Assembly (NCBI RefSeq): GCF_006345805.1
Contig: NC_042997.1
Location: forward strand, 139,128,001 to 139,192,000
Length of the DNA stretch: 64,000 nt
Direction: 5' to 3'
Source: Octopus sinensis
Taxonomy: Eukaryota
The notes beneath the pieces are model-generated. The model was not told the origin of the DNA. It made no database searches and was given only the letters and a program-made list of their open reading frames with translations. The first letter of the stretch is position 1; the number at the start of each line of letters is the position of its first letter. Below are positions 11,905 through 24,709 of this stretch, piece by piece. The position numbers and the translations under genes are program-made.

Positions 11905-12250
11905 AATAGACGGTATAAAAACGGAGGGAAATTTTAAAGCAAGGTTCAATAATCACACCTTAAGCTTCAGATACTGGAATATAAGAAAAACAACCAAATT
12001 ATCCAGTCATAAATGGTTGTTAGAAGAACAAAGTGTCAGCTATAGGATTTACTGGAAGATCTTCGCCAAGTGTAAAACTTATACCAACGGTAATGGTAAG
12101 TTCGGTCTTTGTGATATGGAAAGATGGCTCATCTGGAAAAGTTCCTTGGACCCCGCTACATGTCTAAATTCAAGAACTGAACTTTTTGGATCATGTCCAC
12201 ATATGTCAAAATACCTGTTACGGTTTTGGGCACCCCCAGATCACCGATAG
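11905..12250 (+). mobile_element. Penelope-like GIY-YIG endonuclease fragment
   Basis: TEGNFKARFNNHTLSF...TKLSSHKWLL...WKI...GLCDMER...LNSRTELFGSCPHMSKYLL. Confidence 0.9.
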
Positions 12251-12545
12251 ATTCTGCATTTTACTATGTTCCTATACAAGCTTTCCATCTGTTTTAACAT
12301 TTTTATTGGTTTATATATTTTTCATTTTTTCCTTTCTAATTGTATGATTGTGCACGTGTGTGAGTATATGTATAAGCATGCATATATTAAATATGTATGT
12401 GTGTGCAAGTGTATATATGTGTATGCATGTATGTGTGTGTATGAGTGTAGGACTGTGTCCGGTGCATAAGTGCGACTTTCATGAACACGTCCTTTTCTTT
12501 TATACATATATGTATATGCATATGCTTGTATATCTGCGGTTGTAG

Positions 12546-12584
<39 letters not shown>

Positions 12585-13097
12585 GTGTGTGTGTGTGGTG
12601 TGTGTGTACATATGTACATGTATGTATATTCATGTATACGGTGAGTATGAATGTGAGCAACCTCGAGTATAACCAGTTGAAGCTACAAAGATAATCTGGA
12701 ACTCGACTGAGGAAAGAAAACTCCGAATGACCCGTCCTTGTTTTCTTTATATCGTCTATCTGAATGTTTTGCGTTCTTGTCCCATTTTGTATTTTATATA
12801 TATATATATATATGTATGTATATATACAAACATACATACATATATATATATATGCGTATATTTACATGTATAAATGTCTATATATATATGTATGCAAGCA
12901 TACACCTATGTGTATATGAGGATGAAGTTGCGTCACCGCACACTCAGTGACACTGAAGTGGTCAAAGCTGAAATTCTTAGAACCCCCTTGGAGTCGGTGT
13001 TCTGTCCAGCAGACCAAAGGAAATTCTTTCCTTCTTCTTCCCTCTCTCTTCCCTTCTTTCTCTTTAGCACTCGCCTCAGATACAAACGCGCACACAC

Positions 13098-13128
<31 letters not shown>

Positions 13129-13658
13129 TGTTCTCTCTCTCACTTTCCCCTCATCCACCTCACCCTTTTGTGCTGTCTTGTTCCTCCCCACCACTACGAA
13201 ACTCTATAAAATTATTAAAATTCCCCACAAAGGAATTATTTTGATTTGAAAACCCCACTAGAATGGGAGAAAGCGCTAATGATCTAAGTGATATGATATA
13301 TATGTAAAAAATGTAATATATAAATAAATATCTGTAAATATAAACCATCCGATCTTCTGATTACCTCATTTCTTCTAATATATATATATATATATACTCA
13401 CATACACACACACACATATATATACATGTGTGCGTGTGTGTAGATATGTGTATGTGTACGTAAATGCACATATATGTTTGTGTGTCTATAGGAATGTACA
13501 TATACATGTGTGTGTGAGTGTGGACATATGTAGACGTTATGAACGCAGGAGATGTTATGTCTATGTATTGTGAAAATATGGATGAGTGTATTTTTTGTCT
13601 TTTATATTTTTCCTACTTATTATAGTAACTGTTACACACACACACCCACACACACACA

Positions 13659-13741
<83 letters not shown>

Positions 13742-13742
<1 letters not shown>

Positions 13743-14072
13743 TAAAAGGAAATGAAGAAAATGCTGACAAAATAATTTAAGTAATTTAAGTAATTTAAGT
13801 AATGTAATTAGGTGAAAGTTCTTTTTACCGGTTGCGCATTTGTTATGCTTATCAAAAGAATTTTTTTTAAAGAGAGATAGAGTTCCTTTCTGATAGATTT
13901 TTTCCTCTTAAAGATAAGAGGAAAAAATCTATCAGAAAGGAACTCTATCTCTCTTAAAAAATTTCTTTTAATAAGCATAACAAATGCGCAACCGGTAAAA
14001 GAACTTCACCTAATTAAATTACTTAAATTACTTAAATTATTTTGTCAGCATTTTCTTCATTTCCTTTTTTAT
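13742..14072. repeat. Near-perfect ~330-bp palindrome (4-nt loop) with a degenerate hammerhead-like motif in each arm
   Basis: Centre cctctta-aaga-taagagg at 13904-13921. Each arm carries tt(g/a)ataa gcat aacaa atgc gca accggt a. Confidence 0.93.
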
Positions 14073-14130
14073 ATATCCAACTCGTGTTCCACATCTCCTT
14101 TTTAAAATATATATATATCTATATATATAA

Positions 14131-14178
<48 letters not shown>

Positions 14179-14289
14179 ATCACCACTTTTAAGCAGGGAA
14201 TTTTCTGAGCTGGCTGAGGAGATGAGAGATTATTGGGATGATGCTTCATTTCCTTTTTTATAGGTATAGCAAATTTAGCTTAGAAAGAT

Positions 14290-14720
14290 ATAGGAAAAAT
14301 TGTTTTAAAATTTAAGAGCTTAGGACAACCTATTTTCCTGGAGAATGAGTATAGTAAATTTAATTTTCTGGATGTTACTTGCGATTTTGTTTCGGGGCTG
14401 TATCATCCGCACCCCAAACTGAATGCGAACTACAGATACATAAGTCGAAAACCCAATCACCAAAAAGCAATTATAAATTCTATAATTTGGAGCATCTTCC
14501 TTAGAATCTGTATACTTTCATCTAATGAAAATATATTTTAGCAAAACGAAAAATACTACAATCTGGCTTTGGCTGCAACTGGTTATATGGAGGAAATTCA
14601 TTATATTCCTAATAGTGAGATTAAAGAAATACATATAGTTGCAGACGTAATGGAACGGATGAATAATGATAGCGATCACCATAACAATAAAAATAGAAAT
14701 ACTAAGGCATACTTTAATTG
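14290..14720 (+). mobile_element. Penelope-like RT C-terminal fragment
   Basis: FLDVTCDFVSGLYHP, NHP, SSNENIF, YNLALAATGYMEEIHY across frames. Confidence 0.78.
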
Positions 14721-14984
14721 GAAGAATAGTGAGAAAAGCTTTATGGGCGGTGTAGATAAACCGAGTGACATAGAAAGAACATTAACAAACAGAAACAGTG
14801 AAATAAAGAGCAAGATTAGCTATGTAAACCTAGGAGTCAAACTTACTATCAAAAAGACAACCGAGCAAATTACAGATTAATATGAAGATAATAATAATGA
14901 TAGTGATACTAATATTAACTAGCTGGTTCCGTGAAAAATTCACGGAAAACAAAAAAATGTAAGCATCTGTAAACAGTGTACTGG

Positions 14985-15150
14985 TGCCATGAGAAATGTT
15001 TGCGTATTATGACCGTCTGTCTTTACGTTCTGAATTCAAATTTATGCCGAGGTCGACTTTGCCTTTCGTCCTTTCTAGATCGATAAATTATGTACCAGTT
15101 GTATACTGGGGTCGATCTAATCAACTGGCCCCCACCCAGAAAAATTTCAG
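14985..15150 (+). mobile_element. SINE family C fragment
   Basis: gttctgaattcaaatt...ccgaggtcgactttgcctttc...gtaccagttg, shared with the 29.4-30.2, 33.2 and 52.7 kb copies. Confidence 0.8.
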
Positions 15151-15334
15151 GCCTAGAAAAGTATATTGTGACAGTTACAGAATATAAAAAGAAATGTAAC
15201 ACTAATAACTATATAATCCAACCAAAATATCTCAGTTACACAAACGTAAAGGGAATTACTATTTAACCTTAGAATACATCGTACATATTCAAAGAACCTT
15301 CTTGGTTTAGTGGTACGGAACGTCTTGCTGGTAT

Positions 15335-15670
15335 TCCTTTATTCTTTTACTTATTTCAGTCATCTGACGGTGGCCATGCTGGAGCACCACCCTTTAGTCG
15401 AAGAAATTGACCCCTGGACTTATTCCCTGAACAGCTAAATTACAGGGACGCAAACGCACCAACATCGGTTGTCAAGCAATGGTGGTGGTGGGACAAGCAC
15501 AGACACAAACACACACACACACACACACACATACACACATACTCACATATATACATATATATACACCACACACATAATACATACATATATACATATATTA
15601 TATATATATATATTATATATATATATATAATATATATATATATATTATATATATATATATGACAGGGCTT
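15335..15670 (-). mobile_element. SINE family D, partial
   Basis: gccatgctggagcaccacctttagtcga...catcggttgtcaagc...acagacacaaac. Confidence 0.8.
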
Positions 15671-16399
15671 GGAGGTAGTGGTGATGCTGGCTGGTACGAT
15701 TTTGTGGTTTGCTGGTATTCCGAGAGAGATCCAGCGAGCCCCTAACTGGTTCCCCTTATCTTAAAGGTGTAATGTGATTGTGTAACGATGGAGCGGCTGG
15801 TGGGGTGGTGATGCTAGCTGGTGCGGTGATCTTCCTCACAGTACTTAATAGTAGACAAGATTTTGTGTGTATGTCACACCACGTTTTTGGCCTTGTCTGT
15901 TATCCCAATTGAGTGTCATAACTCTTACTTTGATATTGTTCATAGCTCGTGCTCTTGAAAATGCGACATATAACTGGCCATGAGAAAATACCAGATGAGG
16001 CAAATGTATTCCAACTTTTTGAAATGTTTGCCCTTGAGTGTTATTAATTATCATTGAATATGCAAGTGGAAACTGAAGTCTGTTTAGTGTGAATGGAATA
16101 TTTGCATCACTTGGGCTATGTTTAATTCTGGGAATTAGAACTGTACGACCTCTGTTGGGGCCTGTTACCAATGATACCTCTACACAATGTTCAAGAGAAG
16201 CCTTTGCACTTTCATGCAAGTTCCATTAGATGACTGATTGAAAGATTTCTTAGCAGCATTACAATAGTCCCTACTTTTAAGTTGAAGCGATGAGGAGGCA
16301 TACCGGATGGAGTGAGTGAGATTATAAATTCAAATGGATAGTTCTGAACATCCTCTTCATTATTGCAGGACACTGAATCTGTGCTTAAGTACGTTTTAA

Positions 16400-17145
16400 G
16401 TGCCTCTGATATAATATTAAGAACTTGCTCATTTATTGCAAGACAGGACTTTTAGGAGATAAAATTACTCGTTTTCCCATTTTTTCTGGCGTGCAGTTGT
16501 TGAAAATTCACTTTGATTTCCTCGACGTCCTGAAATCTTCCTATCAAGCTAGATTTGATTTTTGGAAAGAGGAAAAAGTTGCAAGTGGCGAGATCTGGAA
16601 AATTTAGTAGCTGTCGGACATGGGGAATACTGTGCCTAGCCGAGAACTGCGTTGCCATGGTGCAATTGCCACTCACCGGACGTATCCAATTGTGGCCTTT
16701 TCCGATGAATAGCATCCCGCAAACGCCACAAAACGTCACAGTCTCTTGTTTATTGTCTGACCAGGTGGAGCATACTCATGATGAACAATCCCCTTGTAGT
16801 CGAAGAAAACGGTCAACAGTGTCTTCACACTGCTTCGGCTTTCTTCGGTTTCGGAGTGATTGGGATCTTCCACTGCGAGGCCTGAGCGTTTGTTTCGGGG
16901 TCATAGCCATAGACCTACGCTTCATCACCGGTGATGACGGTTTTCAAAAAGTTTTCATCATTCACAACACTATCGGATGTTGATATACATCGCTGGTGAC
17001 AATGCGCTTTGCATCGATTTTGCTACCGAAGACTGTCACTCCGCTGGCAGGGCGAGCAGTTCGGCATTCACTTCGTTTGGAAGGCTTTTCCTTCACCGGG
17101 TGACTCATTTGAAGCTGAGTAGATTGGATCAACGTGAAATGAACG
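16400..17145 (-). mobile_element. Degenerate mariner transposase remnant
   Basis: Minus strand encodes ITGDE-like start, TPKPKK, VKTLLTVFFDYKGIVHHEYAPPGQTIN, WQLHHGNA, PDLATCNFFLFPKIK. Confidence 0.88.
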
Positions 17146-17318
17146 CGCACTAGGCCATGCGCCTTTACATACACAAACACACACACACACACACACACAC
17201 ATAGATGCTTATGTTTGTGTATATGTATATTTGTATATTTCTATGTATGTACATATCTATATGAGTTTATACACAAAAAACACAGATAAATAGGTAGGTA
17301 GGTAGGTAGGTCGGTAGG

Positions 17319-17357
<39 letters not shown>

Positions 17358-17531
17358 GTAGGTAGGCAGGCAGGCAGGCAGATAGATATATATGGGTGCA
17401 TATGAATGCATATATGCATTAAGCACCCATTATGTATGACCGTATGCACGTACATATGTATGTATTAATGTATGTACATATGCGTATATATATGCATATG
17501 TATATCTGTCTGTATCTAATCTTCGTTTTGC

Positions 17532-17609
<78 letters not shown>

Positions 17610-17627
17610 AATGATAAACGTCGCCCT

Positions 17628-18155
17628 TTCCAAGCCTGGCCAGGCTCATGAGCCCGGTTTCCCGGTTTCTGTGACGTATGTGTTTCCCCCAGCTGGACGA
17701 GACGCCAGTCCATCGCAGCGTTACTCAATAAACAGGAAGAGAGAGTGAGAGAAAGTTGTGGCGAAAGAGTACAACAGGGGTCGCCACCACCCCCTGCCGG
17801 AGCTTTGTGGTGCTTTTTAGGTGTTTTCACCCAATAAACACACACAACGCTCGGTCTAGGAATCGAAACCGCGATCCTCCGACTTCGAGTCCGCTGCCCT
17901 AACCACTGGGCCATTTTTAAAGCCTAGCCAAGCTCATGGGCCCGGTTTCCCGGTTTCAATGGCGTATGTGTTCCTTAGCTGGACGGGACGCCAGTCTATC
18001 ACAGCGTTACTCATTTTTGCCAGCTAAGTGGACTGGAGCAACGTGAAATGAAGTGTTTTACTCAAGAACAGAACGCGTCGCCCGATCCAGGAATTGAAAC
18101 CCCAATCTTACGATCATGATGCTGATCCCTTAACCACTGAGCCACGCGTCTCCAC
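17628..18155 (-). mobile_element. Two tandem tRNA-headed SINEs (family B): ~17628-17915 and ~17918-18155
   Basis: Both share aagcct(g/a)gcca(g/a)gctcatg...cccggtttcccggtttc...agctggacg...ccagtc and end in a head with aaccactg(g/a)gcca. Confidence 0.85.
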
Positions 18156-18469
18156 AGATAGAAAGATAGATATACATTAATCTGTGTATCATACTTAAAG
18201 AAGAAATGCACATTTAGTAATGCCATCACGCTGTTAGAGTATTTTTATCTGCTACGGGTATACATAATTGTGTATTTTTTGCACAGTGCGTCTGTAAGAG
18301 ATACTATCAAGGAACAAATACCGCAGTAGATTAGACTGTCAATAACGTATCTGTATGTTACATAGGCTGCTTTTTTAAATTACTTCTGCTTGTCGCACGA
18401 AACTAACTTGCGCACGCGTGCGCGTGTGTATGTGCGTGCGCGTGTTTGTATGTGTGTGTGTGTGTGTGT

Positions 18470-18503
<34 letters not shown>

Positions 18504-18540
18504 TTTATGATTTATGATATGATATTTTAATTTATAATAT

Positions 18541-18932
18541 GACTAGCAGTATCGCGCGGCGTTGCTCGGGTTTGTAAGGGAAATAACTATATAAGCATTT
18601 TTAGAGAGTTATAGCCAAAAAATAGCAAAAAAATGCATTAAAATGGAAAAAAAATGATGGTAATTTTCTTTAAATCGTTGACTCATCGTAGACTTTTAGA
18701 GTTACTTCCCTTATATAATAGCGAAAAAATGCATTAAAATGGAAAAAATTATGGTAAATTTTTTTTAAATCGTAGACTCATCGTAGACGCGCGCTAATAC
18801 CCAGAAGAGCTCGATATGAATCACGACTATAAGATACCCGGTTTTGGTTAAACTGCACCGCAAAATGTGGGAGTAGTTAGGAATCTAAATCGTAGGATAC
18901 AGACACACAACTTGACTTTTATATATAAAGAT
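18541..18932 (-). mobile_element. Non-autonomous Helitron with internal ~100-bp tandem duplication
   Basis: actagcagtatcgcgcggcgttgctcggg terminus; otherwise matches 7229-7746. Confidence 0.82.
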
Positions 18933-19520
18933 ATTTGAATTCTCCTCACTATGAAGGAGCTAGTACTGCAGAAACAAAGCTCCTTCGCTTGAAATTAGAT
19001 AATAACAATCATAACGGGTTACCTGCCACATTTTAGCTACCTTAATGCATTTTTACTGTTCAGCTAACAGCTTGTTTTTGTAAACTTCGTGTAAGCCGGT
19101 TTCTCCCTTTATTTGCTTGGAAACTTCAATCTTTGCGAGAGTGATTCTTAGAAATTCAATCCTCACCAAGTGCGCTTAAAATTTCAGGCAAAAGTGTCGA
19201 TTTACAAGCTAAATAAAGAATTTGTATGTTTCAAAACATTTGTTGACAAATAATCTCTTTTAAAGAAATATTAACATCTCCAGGACAGCTGATTTTCATA
19301 ACTCTATAAAATATTTGTTTACTGCTCCAGGTGTATAATGTTTTACATTTGGCAGAATTCTGATGACACTGTTTGAGCAATGTTCTTTGTGTTAATGTTT
19401 AAACTTATATATGTACTCAATATCAGAACAACAGAAACTCTATGTTTGTATGTGTATGCGTGTGCGAGCGTATGTGTGTGTATATGTATATGTATATGCG
19501 TATGTATGTATATGTACATA

Positions 19521-19586
<66 letters not shown>

Positions 19587-19596
19587 GGTGTAATAT

Positions 19597-19632
<36 letters not shown>

Positions 19633-19753
19633 GACAAAATGAGATAACAAAACCAAGGCTATGAGTTTTCAGGACATTTCTAAGGAAAAAGATATAGATA
19701 TAGTCTTACAGCTGTTTCTGGAATATTTGGATATTCCTTCATCAGAGACGATG

Positions 19754-19813
<60 letters not shown>

Positions 19814-19974
19814 TTATATATGCATGTATGTATGATATATATTTATATATATATATACCTTTATATCTATTTATACATACATACATACATACATACATAC
19901 ATACATACATACATACATACATACATACATACATACATAAATACATACATGCATACAAATTCGGTGTGTGTTGC

Positions 19975-20762
19975 GTTCCGTTACTTGATAAATGAGAAAA
20001 TGTATAAACAAATGACGTAACGTATACTGAATGTAAAAACGAACGAGTGACAGACAAGACAGAAGGTCAGTAAATTCTTCATCAGTTATCGACCAATTGG
20101 TAATATTCGGTTTCGCACCTCTAATGATATGACTGAGTGCTTTCCAATTGGCGGTGCCAGCAAAAAATATTTTCTTGCGGAGAATTGGGGAGAAGAGTAA
20201 ACGAAACAAGGAAAACTGCACACAGTGTGATTTAGGATGGTGCTCGTGGACGACCACTGTTCGTCCTCGTCCACCGTCTCGCCACAAGAAAACATTTTTG
20301 CGGGTACCGCCAATTGGGAAGCACTCAGTCCTTACCGTTGACGGTGCGAAACTGAATATTACCAATTGATAAATAACTGATGAAGAATTAGGGACTTTCT
20401 GTTTGTCGCCCGTTCGTTTTTACATTCAGCATATGTTACGTCATTTGTTTATACATTTTTTTTTCATTTATCTAGTAATGGAACGCAACACAGCGAATTT
20501 ATATTTACAAGTAAGTTTTTTATTATATACACGTACTCTTTTACTCTTTTACTCTTTTACTTGTTTCAGTCATTTGACTGCGGCCATGCTGGAGCACCGC
20601 CTTTTAGTCGAGCAAATCGACCCCGGGACTTATTCTTTGTAAGCCCAGTACTTATTCTATCGGTCTCTTGTGCCGAACCGCTAAGTGACGGGGACGTAAA
20701 CACACCAGCATCGGTTGTCAAGCAATGCTAGGGGACAAACACAGACACACAAACACACATAC

Positions 20763-20804
<42 letters not shown>

Positions 20805-21560
20805 CGACAGGCTTCTTCAGTTTCCGTCTACCAAATCCACTCACAAGGCATTGGTCGGCCCGGGACTATAGCAGAAGACACTTGCCCAAGATGCCATGCA
20901 GTGGGACTGAACCCGGAACGTGTGACTTTCTCTCTTACCTTTATTCTTTCCCCTTTTCTTTCTCTTGCCTTCTCACTTCTATTCTAGCCTATCTACTTTC
21001 TCTTTTTCTCTCTCTCCTTCTTGTATTCCTAGCCTTTCTCCTTCCCCTTCATCCCTTTCCTTTTATCTCTGTCGCTCCTTCTCCCCGCTGCCTTTCTCCT
21101 CTGCCTGCTGCCGTCACGTGAGCAGCGGAGAGTTCCCCTTTTTCTTCCTTTCTTACACTGGTCCCATAGCTGACTAGTCGCAAATTCTCTGTCTCTTCGT
21201 TCTTCATCCTTCAAGACATTTTCTAAGCGTTACCCACTATTTTCGTCTCTTTGACCCCAAGGCCGTATTTTGTTCGACTGTTCGTTCATCCACCGTCCTA
21301 AATCACGCTTTGTGTCCTTTTTTTAAAATTTTCTTTTGTTTTGTTTGCTCTTGTACCTAATTCTCCGTAAGAAAACTTTTTTGCGGGCACCGCCAATTGA
21401 GAAGTACTCAGTTTTATCGTTAACGGTGCGAAACTGAATATTACCAATTGGTCAATAACTGATCAAAATTGGTCAATAACGGGCTTTCTGTTTGTTTCCT
21501 TTCGTTTTTACATTTAGCATATGTTACGTCATTTGTTTATACATTATTCATTTATTTGGA
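19975..21560. mobile_element. PLE-type composite: inverted pLTR-like copy, forward copy, body, forward copy (with SINE insertion)
   Basis: ~200-bp unit (ccgccaattg..aagcactcag...ggtgcgaaac.gaatattaccaattg...ttacgtcatttgtttatacatt) at 19975-20185 (-), 20290-20490 (+) and 21375-21560 (+). Confidence 0.72.
20535..20925 (-). mobile_element. SINE family D
   Basis: gactgcggccatgctggagcaccgcc...ccaaatccactcacaagg...gcagtgggactgaacccggaac. Confidence 0.9.
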
Positions 21561-22607
21561 TATATATCAAGCACGTGCCGTCAGTAATTACTCAGGGTAG
21601 GCAGTTGGTGACGTTTATGTTGTAAAACACAGAAAAAATAGGCGAAAGACAGGCGCACGGTTGTTAGAGGCAAATTTACTTCTGCCTTTATAGCGCATAA
21701 AGAAAACGTTCTAGGAATGTAAACAGCATGTGTATTACAACTATACCATGCGTAGTTTAATACGTAGTTTAATAATATATATATATATATATATATATCC
21801 TGTAAAAACGGCAATATCACAAGAGGGACACTCTCTCTCTCTTAAGTCGGCTTGCAGTGCATCCTGTTTGGTTTCAGTGGCTGAAGAGTAGGTAACCACT
21901 CCGAAATGCATGCACTCATAGTCTGGTTAGGTGTCGCTGTAAGCTGATTTGGAGTATTTACATCCATTTGTCTAAAGTGACAAAAAACAATGAATATCTT
22001 TCTTACGGATTCGAATATACCTCAAATATAGTATTTATATACATCACTGCTTAGCGCTGCCACCCTGTATACATAGTAGACAAATAAGTGATGATGATGA
22101 TGATGAGCTCTCGCGTCATACGGCTCTCGCAATGCAGGAGATATAGGGTCAGTCGAAGAACCACCACATATCTAGTATCTGCTATGAAAACCTACAGCAA
22201 GTGCCTTTTATCCCGTATCATTCTTAGACATGCAGGCATATGCTCTGAACAGACCCATTCGCTATTGCCATTTTCATTACTGTCACTCAACATTTGACCG
22301 ACGTACTGTACTGAAGGAAGACATCTTCATCTCACTTCTCACTTGAAAAAGTCGAAAAAAGGGAAGTGACTGAAGAGGGACGTGTCTGTCTTCAAATCAC
22401 TCAGCCTCATCTACCATACAACCTCCTCCGCGCTAACCATCAAGCAGAAGAAACCTGTCTGCTCTTCTCAGTTTAAATGGGGGAAATGGAGGGATCTTCA
22501 CGATGAATTTCTTCGGTAACTGGATATCATACACGTGACAGCACGTGTACGACATTATTTCACAAATCAGTAATGCTGGACACAAAACGAATGCTTCTAG
22601 GATTTCA

Positions 22608-23506
22608 TCTGATCAATAAGTATCCGGATTGTTGCCTTAATAACGAAGCTAAAGTACACAGAGTAAAACCGCTTGGCACAGATTGACCTTAGACTTTTCT
22701 GTGCATGCGCACTAAGTTTTAATGTTCTAACTCATTTCTGCTGTTCACAGCGCGGCTTGAGAGGGAGGTGCGCAGCGTGTGATCGTCGCATTGACCATGA
22801 CAGCGAAAGTTGAGCAGAGAATCTGCTTCAAATTTTGCCCAAAATTGGCGGTATCTGCTCAGAGGCCTACGCAAAGTTTTCAAAAAGTTTTCATCGTTTT
22901 CGACACAATCAAGGTCTTGTGCAGCCGAAACATGAGTGTCGTTTTGGTCAGCTGAAAGCAGTTTGGGCACAAACTTGGCAGACATGCGTCTCGTATTTAA
23001 ATCTTCATTGATATTGGGCTGAAACTGAACCGTATCTGATCTGCACATCTTCTGATATCTCACAGTTGGGTATGGGATTCGACAATTTCTCTTCACAGCT
23101 GCACGCACATCTGCGATGTTTCTCACAGTTTTTCTGGTTGCGGGTCTTGTAGAACGTTCGTCAATATCAACATATTTTTCGGCCATCTTGTACAATTCCG
23201 CTTGAACCACTTGTACACTTTTGTGTGTCTCATACACTCTTCTCCATACACATTCTGCAACTTTGCGTAGACCTCTCAGCAGGTATCATCATGACAACTT
23301 TCTCTGTCATGGTCAATTCAACTATCACACGCTGCATACCTTCCTTCCAAGCATTGCTGTAAACAAAAGAAGTAAGCTAGAACGTTATAACTTGGTGCGC
23401 ATGCACAGCAGAGTTCAAGGTCAATCTTTACCAACTGGCTTTACTCTGAGTGATTTAGATTCGTTACTATAGCAACAGTCCGGATACTTATTGATCAGAC
23501 CTCGTA
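22608..23506. mobile_element. Mariner fold-back derivative made of two inward-facing 5' ends
   Basis: Both ends carry tctgatcaataagtatccgga; the right end is complete (cctcg|TA at 23500-23506). + arm encodes EQRICFKF; - arm encodes VYKWF..RPAT..MSAKFVPKLL..ENFLKTL. Confidence 0.88.
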
Positions 23507-23509
23507 TCT

Positions 23510-24330
23510 CGAACAAGCCTGCCCCACGGCACCTCTATACTTCTAGAGTTTATCTCAAACCGGATGGGTCTGTTAGGCAAAGGTTTTCTGAAAGTTATCC
23601 ATCATAGTCACCGACCTAAATTTCTTTCGGAGGAGACTAGCCACTTCATTCTTCACCGCTTCGAGATTACCTTAGAATGCCATCGCCCTTTCTCATCACT
23701 AATGTATACCTTCCACACACAGCATTCTTAGCCAACCGTGATTGATCAAACATTACGGACCTAATTAATTGTGCCTTTGTTTTTACATCACACGTCTCCT
23801 TTTTGGGGACAGTCAGGCGGCTTTCATGCCCTAGTGTCTGAGATCATGCAGATTTGTTTTTCGGGTCGAACAAATGATCGAATATTGATTTACTGATAGC
23901 ATGTCAGGAATATCTTTTCTAATTGCCTCTACTAAGAGTCTGCTGGAATTTCTCCATCTAATTTATTGTTCTCTGTCGCTACTTCTTTGCTGAACCATAT
24001 CAGTTCTACCCGAATCAATCTTTTCAGAGAGATCTTTCACTTTTTGCTTGCCATCGCCGCACAGCGACGTCTCCTTACCGACCTAGTTCATAATTCAGCC
24101 ACTGTATGTCTCCGCTGCTGGAAACCACGAATAATAGTTTCTATCAGTTGTGTCTTTGTTTATGCGTGCTATGTTGACTATGCAGATCATAAACTGTGGT
24201 CTTTGTAGCTGAATGGTGGAATTTATGGACACGCTGTTTTATCTTAATCAGCTGTAGCAACAGCTACTGTATTAAGATACGATCTTGTTGACTAGATGCG
24301 ACTGGTCCAAATCCATATTCTCGCATCCGG
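23510..24330 (-). mobile_element. Highly degenerate LINE (RTE-like) RT remnant
   Basis: Minus-strand fragments GEIPARLL and PKKGD-like segments; many stops. Confidence 0.3.
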
Positions 24331-24518
24331 TAAATTTACACAGTTCAAATTTCTTTTTAATCAATACAATATGTAGCGCTGATAGTATCAATGTGTTAAA
24401 TTTTTACATAACTCATTCTGAAACTCGGTTTGTATCTAGTCAGGGAAAACAAGAGGAAACTGATTGAAATGGCATAGGTTTTGCTTATGTACTTTAGGGT
24501 ATTTAAATGGTTGAATTC

Positions 24519-24565
<47 letters not shown>

Positions 24566-24614
24566 CGACGACGATGATGATGATGATGATGATGACGACG
24601 ACGACGACGACGAC

Positions 24615-24652
<38 letters not shown>

Positions 24653-24685
24653 CGACGACGATGAAGACGACGATGGTGATGATCA
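24519..24685. repeat. (GAT)n/(GAC)n compound trinucleotide microsatellite
   Basis: Direct reading. Confidence 0.97.
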
Positions 24686-24709
24686 TAATTTCAAATTTTG
24701 GCACAAAGT

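Larger units (their letters stand above)
14917..16400 (-). mobile_element. Helitron 3' portion with PIF1-type helicase fragment (15845-16330) and nested SINEs
   Basis: VLIPRI...RLQFPL...QGQTFQKVGIHL...FSHGQLYVAFSRA. 3' hairpin ccgtgaa-ttt-ttcacgg plus CTAG|T at ~14917-14946. Confidence 0.9.
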
